From positions 1 through 46,579 of the forward strand of contig JALUNK010000225.1 in assembly GCA_027055255.1 (NCBI GenBank): 46,579 nucleotides of DNA, written 5' to 3'. Shown piece after piece: positions 37,036-46,250 of the stretch. Numbering within the stretch: position 1 is the stretch's first letter; every line of letters starts with the position of its first letter. Under the pieces are notes generated by a model that had not been told where the DNA came from, did not search any database, and saw nothing but the letters and a program-made list of their open reading frames with translations. This DNA is from Ghiorsea sp. GTDB taxonomy: Bacteria > Pseudomonadota > Zetaproteobacteria > Mariprofundales > Mariprofundaceae. Made by a program: the position numbers and the translations under genes.

Positions 37036-38172
37036 CTATATTTTAAGCTCCAAGTTAGATGTATCACCTGACATCATTTGCCCCTTAGTATTGGGTGAAC
37101 CAATACTCTTCATTTTCATTTCCAAACGCATATTGTTTGTTGAATCAGAATTGCGCAAAGCTTCAATATCATCAATCAAACCATCTTCCCACATTTTAAA
37201 CAATGCTTGGTCAAAGGTTTGCATATCATATTGTTCACCGCCTTGCATGGCTTCTTTGATGCCTGATATGTCACCTTTGAGAATTAAATCCATCACACGA
37301 GGTGTATTGATAAGAATTTCAATAGCAGCAGCACGGTTATTATCTTTTGTTTTCACCAGTCTTTGCGATAAAATTGCTTTGAGGTTCATGGATAAGTTCA
37401 TATACACTTGCTGGTGATGTTCAGTCGGGAAAAAGTTAATGATGCGCTCGACTGCTTGGTTGGCATTGTTGGCATGGAGAGTGGCTAAAACCAAATGCCC
37501 TGTTTCAGCGAAGGAAATCGCATGTTCCATGGTTTCGTGGTCGCGGATTTCACCAAGTAAAATCACATCAGGTGCCTGGCGCAATGTGTTTTTAAGGGCT
37601 GCTTGGAAAGAAATGGTATCCGAGCCAACTTCGCGCTGGGTCACAAAACATTTTTTATGCGTGTGCATAAACTCAACAGGGTCTTCAATGGTAATAATAT
37701 GCCCAGCTTGATTGCTGTTTCGCCAATCCACAATAGCTGCAAGTGATGTAGATTTTCCTGAGCCAGTGCCACCAACCATCAACACCAAACCGCGCTTGGT
37801 CATAGCAATGTCTTTAAATATTTCGGGAAGTTTTAAATCAGCAATACTAGGTATTTCGGTGGTAATTTGACGAATGACCATACCAATACTGCCACGCTGT
37901 CTATAAATATTAACACGAAACCTGCCCATGCCAGCAAATGCTGCAGACACATTCATTTCCATGCTATTCGAAAACTCAACCTTCTGCTTTTCAGTCATCA
38001 ATTGAGCAGCCAGCTTGTCCATAATGATTGGGCTAAAGTTTTCTTTGCCCATGCGTTTAATCACACCTTGTATACGGTAACCCGGTGGCGCACCTGCCAT
38101 GAGATAAAGGTCAGAGGCATCTTTATCCACCATCACCTGCAATAACTTGCGAATTGAAACGCCATCATCCAT
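37036..38172 (-). CDS. pilU: Type IV pilus retraction ATPase, PilU-like
   Basis: ASDLY, GGTGSGKSTSLA, TIEDPVE, LRQAPDVILLGEIRD, ETGHL..TLHANNANQ. ATG 38172 has an AAGGAG RBS. Confidence 0.9.
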   Translation of the reverse strand: MDDGVSIRKLLQVMVDKDASDLYLMAGAPPGYRIQGVIKRMGKENFSPIIMDKLAAQLMTEKQKVEFSNSMEMNVSAAFAGMGRFRVNIYRQRGSIGMVIRQITTEIPSIADLKLPEIFKDIAMTKRGLVLMVGGTGSGKSTSLAAIVDWRNSNQAGHIITIEDPVEFMHTHKKCFVTQREVGSDTISFQAALKNTLRQAPDVILLGEIRDHETMEHAISFAETGHLVLATLHANNANQAVERIINFFPTEHHQQVYMNLSMNLKAILSQRLVKTKDNNRAAAIEILINTPRVMDLILKGDISGIKEAMQGGEQYDMQTFDQALFKMWEDGLIDDIEALRNSDSTNNMRLEMKMKSIGSPNTKGQMMSGDTSNLELKI

Positions 38173-38301
38173 ACCCAAACTCCTTCAAAATAAGGTTTAT
38201 AAGGAGTTAAGCAATTCTCCAGCCAAAGTATAAGGTATTTGTAAGTAGGCGGCTGATTACATTTTTATGTGGTATATGGTTATAAATCAATAAGTTTTAT
38301 C

Positions 38302-39177
38302 TTATTGATTCTCTTCAACCGCCATAGCTGCCATTTTCATAGTGCTTTCAAATGATTTTGCACCCGCAATAAACAGCCCATTATGGCAGAACATGGCATC
38401 ATCAATGCCAGTCACATCTTGAAGCGCTTTATCGGATAATCCTGCCCACCTTTTTGGTAGCTCTTTTCTGTTTTCAAATGTACCCAACGCCGCAGGCACA
38501 GTTTGAATGCGCCATTCGCCTGTTTGCGATGGATAGACCACAAACAATGCTTCATCGGACATATTCACCACCGTCTTTTTCCAAGGCGTATATTGCTCCA
38601 ACACAATCACCCTTGGGTCTTCTGCTTTTTCAATGGCTTTCGCCACAATGGCTTTGGCATTCAAACCACCACTCGCTGCTGCAATAAAGCGAGTTAAAAT
38701 GCGCGATGCAAATGCAACAGCTTCATCAAAGCATTCATCCACATGTTTATCTTCCTGCCAAGTCGGGTTAAACATACCAATGGTTTGGCTAAGGCTAATG
38801 CCTTCTTGCACACCAGTGACATGCCCGCAATCAATGGCATCAATGGTAGACACCAAGCCAGCATCCAATGCATTGGCTAGGTCTTGATTACCTTCACACA
38901 TGTCTATGCCGTATTTCTGCCAAATAATACCAAATGAGGAGTAGGGGATGCCGTTGTCACGCTCACCCGCACCACCACGTTGATGATGGTCAAATCTATC
39001 TGTTTCAGGGTCGTATTCACCACCTACATCCACCACAATATCCGCCTTGGCGATAAGCGCTAAATCACGCGTGCGAATCAGCTTGAAAGAAGGCAATATA
39101 TGTTTGAACACCGCGATGCTAAACACATCATCTGCGTGAAAGTTGCCGTTGTGCGTTGCTATTGTTTTTGTATTCAT
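38302..39177 (-). CDS. MYG1 family metal-dependent hydrolase/exonuclease
   Basis: THNGNFHADD, RTRD, DVGGEYD..FDHHQ, FCHNGLFI. Confidence 0.92.
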   Translation of the reverse strand: MNTKTIATHNGNFHADDVFSIAVFKHILPSFKLIRTRDLALIAKADIVVDVGGEYDPETDRFDHHQRGGAGERDNGIPYSSFGIIWQKYGIDMCEGNQDLANALDAGLVSTIDAIDCGHVTGVQEGISLSQTIGMFNPTWQEDKHVDECFDEAVAFASRILTRFIAAASGGLNAKAIVAKAIEKAEDPRVIVLEQYTPWKKTVVNMSDEALFVVYPSQTGEWRIQTVPAALGTFENRKELPKRWAGLSDKALQDVTGIDDAMFCHNGLFIAGAKSFESTMKMAAMAVEENQ

Positions 39178-39257
39178 TTGTTTTTATTAACCATGTGAGA
39201 AGAGGATAGGGTGCTACTTGTTTATTAAGATGACGGACTTTATACAAAGGCAGCGAA

Positions 39258-40043
39258 CTAACCAAGCCCGAACTTGTTCCCCTGTGTGCTCCAAAGTAAT
39301 TTAGCATATCGCTCCATAGGAATATTCATTTTCCCTTGTAGCCATTTGCCTTTCGCAAGCAGTGCGTTTCTTTTGATGACGGGAATGTCATTTTTGAATG
39401 CAAGTACGATGGTATTGCCACTATCCACTTCGAAACTAAGCAGTCGGTTTTCAAACTCGATGACCAGTAAATCATCCAATTCTTTTCGTGATTGAAGTGC
39501 CGTATTCCAGATATTGAGTACGAGCACACCGTGTTGGTTGAGTGCATTTTTAGAATCACGCAAATAGGATGCTTGTAGTTGTTTGGGTTCCATACCTTCT
39601 GAGGTGTATAAATCGGAAAAGATAATATCGCTTTTGCGGTTTGTATGTTTGATGTAATTCACCGCATCATCAATATGAATGGATAAGCGGCTGGTATAGG
39701 GCAAATAAAAATACTTTTTTGTAATATTCGCCACTGCTTCACGGTATTCAACTACATCTATGTTTAGTTCGGAAAAATGATGCAGCAAGCTCTTGGTCAT
39801 AGACCCCGCGCCCAGCCCCATGATGGTGGCTCTATTTATCGTGGGGATAAAAAATAAACCTGTCATCATGGCTTGGGTGTAAGCAAGGTCTAATCCATTA
39901 ATATCATTGATCTTCATACTACTTTGATAGATTTTTTCATCAAAGCTGAGGATTCGGCTTGTTCTTGTTTGGTACACATAAATAGGGCCGTGTTCATCTG
40001 TGGTGGATGAGATACAAGTTCCTTTGATATACATGTTAGTCAC
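39258..40043 (-). CDS. Spermidine synthase-like SAM-dependent methyltransferase
   Basis: MGLGAGS, DVVE, DIIFSDLY. GTGA overlap with the GST stop. Confidence 0.82.
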   Translation of the reverse strand: MTNMYIKGTCISSTTDEHGPIYVYQTRTSRILSFDEKIYQSSMKINDINGLDLAYTQAMMTGLFFIPTINRATIMGLGAGSMTKSLLHHFSELNIDVVEYREAVANITKKYFYLPYTSRLSIHIDDAVNYIKHTNRKSDIIFSDLYTSEGMEPKQLQASYLRDSKNALNQHGVLVLNIWNTALQSRKELDDLLVIEFENRLLSFEVDSGNTIVLAFKNDIPVIKRNALLAKGKWLQGKMNIPMERYAKLLWSTQGNKFGLG

Positions 40044-40708
40044 TCACCCAAGATACACTGCTCATGATGATCTAACCACAATGGATATTTGAACATCGCC
40101 TTGGCAAACAATCGACTTTGCAAATGATGACGTAACCAGTGGCGTAAGTTGGCATATCTATGGTGTGAAAATTCTGCTTTGTTTACCCTTGAGAATTGGC
40201 GAATAAAAGGCAGCAAAGCAATATCAAGCAAACTGGGTGTCGCACCCATCAAAAACGCGTGTTGCGTCAGTCGTTTTTCTAGCGCTTGAATAAAAGGCTC
40301 ACATGCAAGGCGACAGGCTTCCAAATCATTGCCATGGTAACGTTTGGCGCGTTTGTACTTTTCTAGGGTAGGTTTAAATTCAACATCGTTTTCTTCAATG
40401 ATCTCAAGCATCTCGGTCAGCTTATCTTCATCGTGAGCATAGAGCAGGTTTTCTGGGTCATGGTGCTTTAATGCCCAAAGCATAATATCTAAACTTTCTT
40501 CAATTACCTCACCATTGCTCATGACCAAAACAGGCACAGTACCTTTGGGGGAAACAAGCAACATCTCTGCGGGTTTGTCCTTCAACGAAATAGCGCGTAG
40601 CTGTACCTTTTGTTGAGCGAGCAACAATGCCAATCTTGCGCGCATGGCATAGGGACAGTTTTGTAAGGAATACAGCACTGGCAATGCTGATGTTGTGGTT
40701 GATAACAT
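40040..40708 (-). CDS. Glutathione S-transferase family protein
   Basis: LYS..CPYAMRAR, SPKGTVPVL, ESLDIM, DIALLPFIRQF. Confidence 0.92.
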   Translation of the reverse strand: MLSTTTSALPVLYSLQNCPYAMRARLALLLAQQKVQLRAISLKDKPAEMLLVSPKGTVPVLVMSNGEVIEESLDIMLWALKHHDPENLLYAHDEDKLTEMLEIIEENDVEFKPTLEKYKRAKRYHGNDLEACRLACEPFIQALEKRLTQHAFLMGATPSLLDIALLPFIRQFSRVNKAEFSHHRYANLRHWLRHHLQSRLFAKAMFKYPLWLDHHEQCILGE

Positions 40709-40880
40709 GGCGTGTGTTTAGGAAGTGCTGATTAGATCTGGCTGAAGTCGATTGTGATTCAGAATACTCAACTTTAAGGCGAAAATCGTGTGTAATAGCT
40801 GGCTATTGCATAGAGTTTCAACGCAAAAGGTGCTTATGCTGGACGCAAGATACAAATTCATGATTTGATCAGCACTTCCC

Positions 40881-43163
40881 TTATAGCCCCTGAATATATT
40901 GCGCGCTTGTGGATAGGCTAACCATTTGGCTTAACTGCGTGGCAGCTTGTTGTTTATGATCCTCACTGGCTTGATGGATAAGGGTTTCAAAGTGTTTGAG
41001 CAGTTCAAGCTTGTCATGCTCTTGTTTAGAGCCTGCACCAATATTGGTGAGGTCAATAAAGAACTCGTCAAACAATTCGCCCAAATCACTGACAATATCA
41101 GTGTTCAAAAACTGCTCATGATTATAAATACTTGGATAACCACCGCGTTGTTTATCCACGGCAAAAGATACACCTTTGACGTTGGTAATCGTGGTCGCCT
41201 TTTCACATTTTAACATACAACCATCTTCAATCGTGGGTTTATTGCAGCCCACAGTTTGCTGAAAGAAGCACTGGCGGCTGGTCATCAATAAGATGGGATG
41301 ATAAATACTATACACCAATTTAAAGTTATCAGGGCGTGAAATCTTTTTGATTTGCATACGGTTGATTTCGTTGGAAATAAACGCACCAGCGCAGTTCAAT
41401 TCCTCTTGCAGCGTTAATAATGCATACGAGTTGGTTGTATTTAAGAAAGGCCCTGCAATCCATTCAATGCCCATTGCATAAGCTTGATAAGCAATGCCTG
41501 TGTTATTGCTTACAATGCGTGCAGGTTGAATCTCTTCTAACAAACGCACCGATTCATCATAATCTTTACCAATCAACACAGCAGGAAACCACGGGATAAG
41601 TTGCGGATGACGTTTGAAAATATCAATGTATTTATCGCAGCCTTTCTTCCAGCTTTCTGGCAATTTGAAATATACATCTGCATCTGTGACATCACACAAA
41701 GCCACATCTTTTTCATCTGCGATAAGTATAGACAGGCTATGTTTCACATCTTTTTTCGGATGATTCTGTAAAGGCGGCACATCCACAAAGGGCACAAGCT
41801 CAACCTCATGATTTAACAAGTATGCAGCTTGATTTTTAAGCTGGGTTAGCTCTTTGAAAGGGATGTTCAAACCCTCGCCAAGCTCTGCGCAGTCAAACGC
41901 TGTAATATTATAATCTTGGCTGGCAAAGTTTTTAAACCGTTTTTCGATAACAGCTTGGGTGATGGGTAAGTCTTTCGTGGTACGCAGTGTTGATTCCGTC
42001 TGCAAGGTGTGGGTTTTGTGTGTATCAATCCCGTCCACAGTATCGCCAATGCTTAGAGTTAGACGCAAAGGCTGGTTGAATTGCCCAGAAAAGGTGAGGC
42101 GCAAGGGTTGTTTGGCAATGCTGAGATACTTAATCTTTTCAGTCAATTCTTCACCAAGTTGATTCTTTTTCGCAAACAAACCGTCTTTCACTTCTTGAAT
42201 TTGTATTACGGTTTTGGCGCTGCTTTTTTCTACGGCATGTTCAATGCTGTGGTCGCGAGGATTATCGATAAACATATCCTTGGCGAGGTTTCCCTGTAAA
42301 AAAGAGTTTGTAAAATCGCGGTTAAACACACGGTGTAAGTTCGAGTCATCAGGTGCTAACTGACCCGATGCCACAAAAGTATCAATCGATTTTCGCCAAG
42401 TATCTGTCACGGTATAAACATAGTGGGCATTTTTGATTCGCCCTTCAATTTTCAATGAATCCACTTGCGCATCAACCAATTGCGGCAGGTCAAAATAAGC
42501 GGAATTATCTTTTAAATTAAGGGGGAAGCGGTTGCCTGCATCCGTGATTTCATACTCATCACGACAGGCTTGGCTACAGCTACCCCGATTGCCCGAATTG
42601 CCTACGCTGACCGAGCTTGAATAACACTGCCCAGAGAAAGCGATACACAAGGCACCGTGTACAAACACTTCGGTAAGTACATCATGGTCATGGGCAACCG
42701 TGGTTAATGCCTTGATTTCATTAATATTCAATTCACGCGATAAATTAAGGCGCGATGCACCCAATTTTGCCAAGAATTTGATTTGCCCTTCATTATGCGT
42801 GGTCAGTTGGGTGGATGCGTGAATATCCAAGCTTGGGAAATACTTCTTCACCAGATTGAAAATACCAACATCTTGTACAATGATGCCGTCCACGCCTGAG
42901 TTGACCAATTTATTCAGTAGTTTGATGAGGCTGGGCAGTTCTTGTTCCAAAATCACCACATTCACGGTTAAAAATACATCACAATCATATTTGTGTGCTA
43001 AGCGTATGACACCTGTTAAATCATCATAGGAAAGGTTAGCCGCGCGGTTGCGAGCGTTGAAATTATCCAAGCCACAGTAAACGGCATTGGCACCAGCAAT
43101 TACAGCAGCTTTAATGGCTTCAACACCACCGCCAGGTGCTAATAATTCAATCGTTCTGCTCAT
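40881..43163 (-). CDS. Long U32 peptidase family protein (RlhA-like RNA hydroxylation factor)
   Basis: ELLAPGG, HASTQ, LSREL, EVFVHGALC....GQC, NRGSCSQACR, LKIEGR. Start ATG 43163; the track start overlaps psd. Confidence 0.88.
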   Translation of the reverse strand: MSRTIELLAPGGGVEAIKAAVIAGANAVYCGLDNFNARNRAANLSYDDLTGVIRLAHKYDCDVFLTVNVVILEQELPSLIKLLNKLVNSGVDGIIVQDVGIFNLVKKYFPSLDIHASTQLTTHNEGQIKFLAKLGASRLNLSRELNINEIKALTTVAHDHDVLTEVFVHGALCIAFSGQCYSSSVSVGNSGNRGSCSQACRDEYEITDAGNRFPLNLKDNSAYFDLPQLVDAQVDSLKIEGRIKNAHYVYTVTDTWRKSIDTFVASGQLAPDDSNLHRVFNRDFTNSFLQGNLAKDMFIDNPRDHSIEHAVEKSSAKTVIQIQEVKDGLFAKKNQLGEELTEKIKYLSIAKQPLRLTFSGQFNQPLRLTLSIGDTVDGIDTHKTHTLQTESTLRTTKDLPITQAVIEKRFKNFASQDYNITAFDCAELGEGLNIPFKELTQLKNQAAYLLNHEVELVPFVDVPPLQNHPKKDVKHSLSILIADEKDVALCDVTDADVYFKLPESWKKGCDKYIDIFKRHPQLIPWFPAVLIGKDYDESVRLLEEIQPARIVSNNTGIAYQAYAMGIEWIAGPFLNTTNSYALLTLQEELNCAGAFISNEINRMQIKKISRPDNFKLVYSIYHPILLMTSRQCFFQQTVGCNKPTIEDGCMLKCEKATTITNVKGVSFAVDKQRGGYPSIYNHEQFLNTDIVSDLGELFDEFFIDLTNIGAGSKQEHDKLELLKHFETLIHQASEDHKQQAATQLSQMVSLSTSAQYIQGL

Positions 43164-43203
43164 AGTGTTACCTGTATGGTTCATGTTCTGTATTTTAAAA
43201 ATA

Positions 43204-44127
43204 TCAGATGGTTTGTTGGGCAACAACATCGCCAAGGTGGATATAGGTTTCAATGCCTGCTTTCGTGTTCTCTAACATATCTGCAGAGGGAATCCATTTG
43301 CCTTTTTCGCCGTACAATACCACCGTGCTGCCACCAAAAAGGAAATATCCTTTTTCATCGCCTTTTTTGAATGGTTTGGATTCATCATAGCTTTGCACGA
43401 TTTTACCCACGCAAGTCGCGCCCACTTCAATATAGGCGAGTTTACCGAAGTTCTCCGTGTCTAAGATGCTCACACGCCTTTCATTTTTGATAAAAATATC
43501 CTGCCTATATTTTAAAGCCAGTGGGTTCACCGAATGTAAATCGCCAGCAATGGTATAAGATTTCAGGGTTTTACCATCATCGGGATAGTGATAGCGGTGA
43601 TAATCCACAGGGCATAATCTTGCAATCATGAGTGGGCCACCGATAAAGTCTTGGGCTAGTTTCGCATCACCAATCAAATCAACAGCCCGCAGCATGGAGC
43701 CTTTGACGGGGATAGTAAGCTCATCGCTCATGCTTTCATGACCAAAGTATCGCGCCTCAGCAAATGCGCCCATTTCATGTTCGTTGCTGGTGAATGTTCT
43801 TTGCCCATCTTTAAACTTACGAATAAAAAACTCATTGAAGGATTGATAAGATGTTTCAATCGGGTTGTCTTGCAGAGAGCCTTTTTCATATTGCTCAATG
43901 TCGATATTGAAATTCTTGATAAATGGGGCGACTTTTTGCGCAGATTTAGCGCTATCTTGTGCTTTTCCGTAGCGCCTGCTAAACATTTTGCTGGCAATCA
44001 AAGGCCCCAATAGCCGACCGATAGGGTTGCCATAAGCAAATTTCACCATGCCGTCACCATAGACTTTTTCAATGTCCATTTTGTTTTCATAGCGGTTAAA
44101 TATTTGAATTTCAAAGCCTTGGCTCAT
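43204..44127 (-). CDS. psd: Phosphatidylserine decarboxylase
   Basis: SFNEFFIRK, RLCPVDYHRYH, SVNP, NER, EVGATCVG, GYFLFGGSTVV autocleavage motif. Confidence 0.9.
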   Translation of the reverse strand: MSQGFEIQIFNRYENKMDIEKVYGDGMVKFAYGNPIGRLLGPLIASKMFSRRYGKAQDSAKSAQKVAPFIKNFNIDIEQYEKGSLQDNPIETSYQSFNEFFIRKFKDGQRTFTSNEHEMGAFAEARYFGHESMSDELTIPVKGSMLRAVDLIGDAKLAQDFIGGPLMIARLCPVDYHRYHYPDDGKTLKSYTIAGDLHSVNPLALKYRQDIFIKNERRVSILDTENFGKLAYIEVGATCVGKIVQSYDESKPFKKGDEKGYFLFGGSTVVLYGEKGKWIPSADMLENTKAGIETYIHLGDVVAQQTI

Positions 44128-44284
44128 GGTCGGGGATTCCTTGTTCTTCTTATGCTTAGGTGGATGGTATCATGTGAATAAAAGTCCGCAAAGAATGATG
44201 TGGGATATCGGTGCATTCTAAAATAAATTATGGAAAAAGAGATAAGGTTCAAGACTTGTTTTTATTCCTTTTGGGCAGTTCTGA

Positions 44285-44310
44285 GACGTATTGTCCGTTG
44301 ATGTATTGTC
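44285..44310 (+). promoter_or_regulatory. C-box (tandem controller-protein operators)
   Basis: GACGTATTGTC-CGTT-GATGTATTGTC: two 11-bp GAC-TAT-GTC-type operators with a 4-bp GT-containing spacer, 22 nt before the C gene ATG. Same layout as C.Esp1396I/C.AhdI sites. Confidence 0.8.
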
Positions 44311-44332
44311 TTAATCGTTTCTTATTCAGCTT

Positions 44333-44557
44333 ATGGAAGAATATAAAACTCTTATCTTAAACATTTTGGCTGAGAATATTAAAGGGCTTCGACAAAAGCA
44401 TAAGCTATCGCAAGAGAAGCTGGCAGAGAAGTCCAGTTTAGATAGGACGTACATAAGCTTACTAGAGCGCTCAAAACGTAACCCTAGTTTAACTAATTTA
44501 GTAAAAATAAGTAAAGGCTTAGGTGTGGACATTCAAGAGTTGCTAAAAGGGATGTAA
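44333..44557 (+). CDS. R-M controller (C) protein, XRE HTH
   Basis: ENIKGLRQKHKLSQEKLAEKSSLDRTYISLLERSKRNPSL; C-box upstream, nuclease gene downstream. Confidence 0.88.
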   Translation: MEEYKTLILNILAENIKGLRQKHKLSQEKLAEKSSLDRTYISLLERSKRNPSLTNLVKISKGLGVDIQELLKGM

Positions 44558-44569
44558 AAGGAACTCTTT

Positions 44570-45322
44570 ATGACAAGACAAGATTTTTTAAATTCAATAT
44601 CAAAAATATTTGGTGGCTATGGTATAAAGACTGTCAGCAGGACGGATATAAATAAAAGTGCTTATGTTCCAAATATGGAACAGAAGACTATTCTAAGTAA
44701 CTTGGGTCACAACCCCGAGAATAGAAGAGACTTTGATATTAAAGAATTATTTACTAATCAAACACTACATGTCTCATACTATGCCACTCTGAGAGATGGT
44801 TCAGGAAGGGCTCCTGAACCAAGAATGGGACTAACAGATTTAATAAGCTATTTGAATGAAGGAGATGAGATTCTTCTAACAAATGATAGCACTGATATTT
44901 ATATTTTTAACCTATCGAAGTTAAACCTATTACCTCAAGATACTTCAAGTTTGGAAGAAGTAGTTTTAACAAGTATTGATGAGGAAACACTGGAGAGTAT
45001 AGTAAATCAAGCTGATGAAACCCCATCTACAGAAGAGAAAATTATTACAGTTTACCCTAGGAATTCAGCTGTGAGGGTATCAGTTAAAAAAAGGGCTATG
45101 TATTTGTGTGAATTTCCTTCTTGCACATATACTCCATTTATAAAAAGTGATGGTGAACAATTTGTAGAGGTTCATCATATCATCCCTTTATCGGAGGGTG
45201 GGAGAGATAAAAAAGAAAACATGGCTTCTCTTTGTCCTATTTGTCACAGGAAATTACATTATGCTGAGAATAAAGAAACATTAATAGAAGAGCTTAAAAG
45301 ACACATAGATTCATTAGGATAA
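44570..45322 (+). CDS. HNH endonuclease, probable restriction endonuclease
   Basis: CEFPSC..FVEVHHIIPLSEGGRD...N...LCPICHRKLH (McrA-like Zn-HNH), located between the C gene and a C5 methyltransferase. Confidence 0.85.
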   Translation: MTRQDFLNSISKIFGGYGIKTVSRTDINKSAYVPNMEQKTILSNLGHNPENRRDFDIKELFTNQTLHVSYYATLRDGSGRAPEPRMGLTDLISYLNEGDEILLTNDSTDIYIFNLSKLNLLPQDTSSLEEVVLTSIDEETLESIVNQADETPSTEEKIITVYPRNSAVRVSVKKRAMYLCEFPSCTYTPFIKSDGEQFVEVHHIIPLSEGGRDKKENMASLCPICHRKLHYAENKETLIEELKRHIDSLG

Positions 45323-46243
45323 GCACTTCTTTACCTTTTTAGCCAATGCTTCTATTACAGGTACCGCAACACTGTTACCAAACTGTCTGTATGCCTGAGT
45401 ATCACTAACAGGAATTTTAAAGTCTTCTGGGAAACCTTGAAGTCTTGCCGCTTCTCGTGGAGTTATTTTACGAGGGTTCAAACCTTTCTGTGCAATAAGT
45501 ATTTCTGAACCATCCTTGTAGTAGCGAGCACTAATAGTACTTGTATATAGGGAGCTCTCATTAAATAATGAATAACCAAACCCATTTCCTTTTGCTTGGT
45601 GCTCCCGCTTTCTTCGTTGGTGACCTGCCCAAAGTTTATCAGATATTGTATATTTTTTATCCACATTGTCGTCTAGAATATTACCAAGTTTAGTTTCAGT
45701 ATTTAAAGGTGATGGATAACTAAATTCCTCTGAATTTAGAAGTGCAATGATGTATATTCGCTCTCTATTTTGAGGAACACCAAAATCTTTAGCGTTTAAC
45801 ACTTTAGCAGAAACAGTATATCCTAAATTTTCTAAACTCTCTTTTACTACCTTGAAAGTATTTCCCTTATCATGATTTTTAAAACCCTTAACGTTTTCAA
45901 GAAAAACCACTGAAGGCATATGATATTCTACAATTCTTAGAATATTAAAAAACAAGGTTCCTCTTGTATCTTCAAATCCCTTCTTTAACCCAGCATGGGA
46001 AAATGGTTGGCATGGAAAGCCAGCTAATAAAATATCAAATGGTGGGATTTCCTGGGGTTCTATTTGAGTAATATCTCCAGAAGGCTGATCACCAAAGTTT
46101 TTTTCATAGGTTAATTTTGAATACTTATCAATTTCAGATGAGAAAATAAATTTAATATGATCGTTAAAGGCTTGTTTAAAACCAAGTCGAATCCCGCCAA
46201 TGCCAGCAAACAAGTCTATTGCATTAAAACACTTATTCTTCAT
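45314..46243 (-). CDS. dcm: DNA (cytosine-5)-methyltransferase, M.SsoII/M.NlaX-like (probable CCNGG)
   Basis: DLFAGIGG, GFPCQPFS, ENV, QNRER, TISARYYKDGSEILI, YRQFGNSV. The TRD resembles M.SsoII from memory. Start ATG 46243. Confidence 0.93.
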   Translation of the reverse strand: MKNKCFNAIDLFAGIGGIRLGFKQAFNDHIKFIFSSEIDKYSKLTYEKNFGDQPSGDITQIEPQEIPPFDILLAGFPCQPFSHAGLKKGFEDTRGTLFFNILRIVEYHMPSVVFLENVKGFKNHDKGNTFKVVKESLENLGYTVSAKVLNAKDFGVPQNRERIYIIALLNSEEFSYPSPLNTETKLGNILDDNVDKKYTISDKLWAGHQRRKREHQAKGNGFGYSLFNESSLYTSTISARYYKDGSEILIAQKGLNPRKITPREAARLQGFPEDFKIPVSDTQAYRQFGNSVAVPVIEALAKKVKKCLS

Positions 46244-46250
46244 TGAATAA

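Noticed and set aside
44333-46243. Avoidance of CCNGG sites within the R-M cassette as support for specificity
   Set aside because: A CCTGG occurs at 46051-46055, and a proper under-representation test needs genome-wide counts I cannot run.
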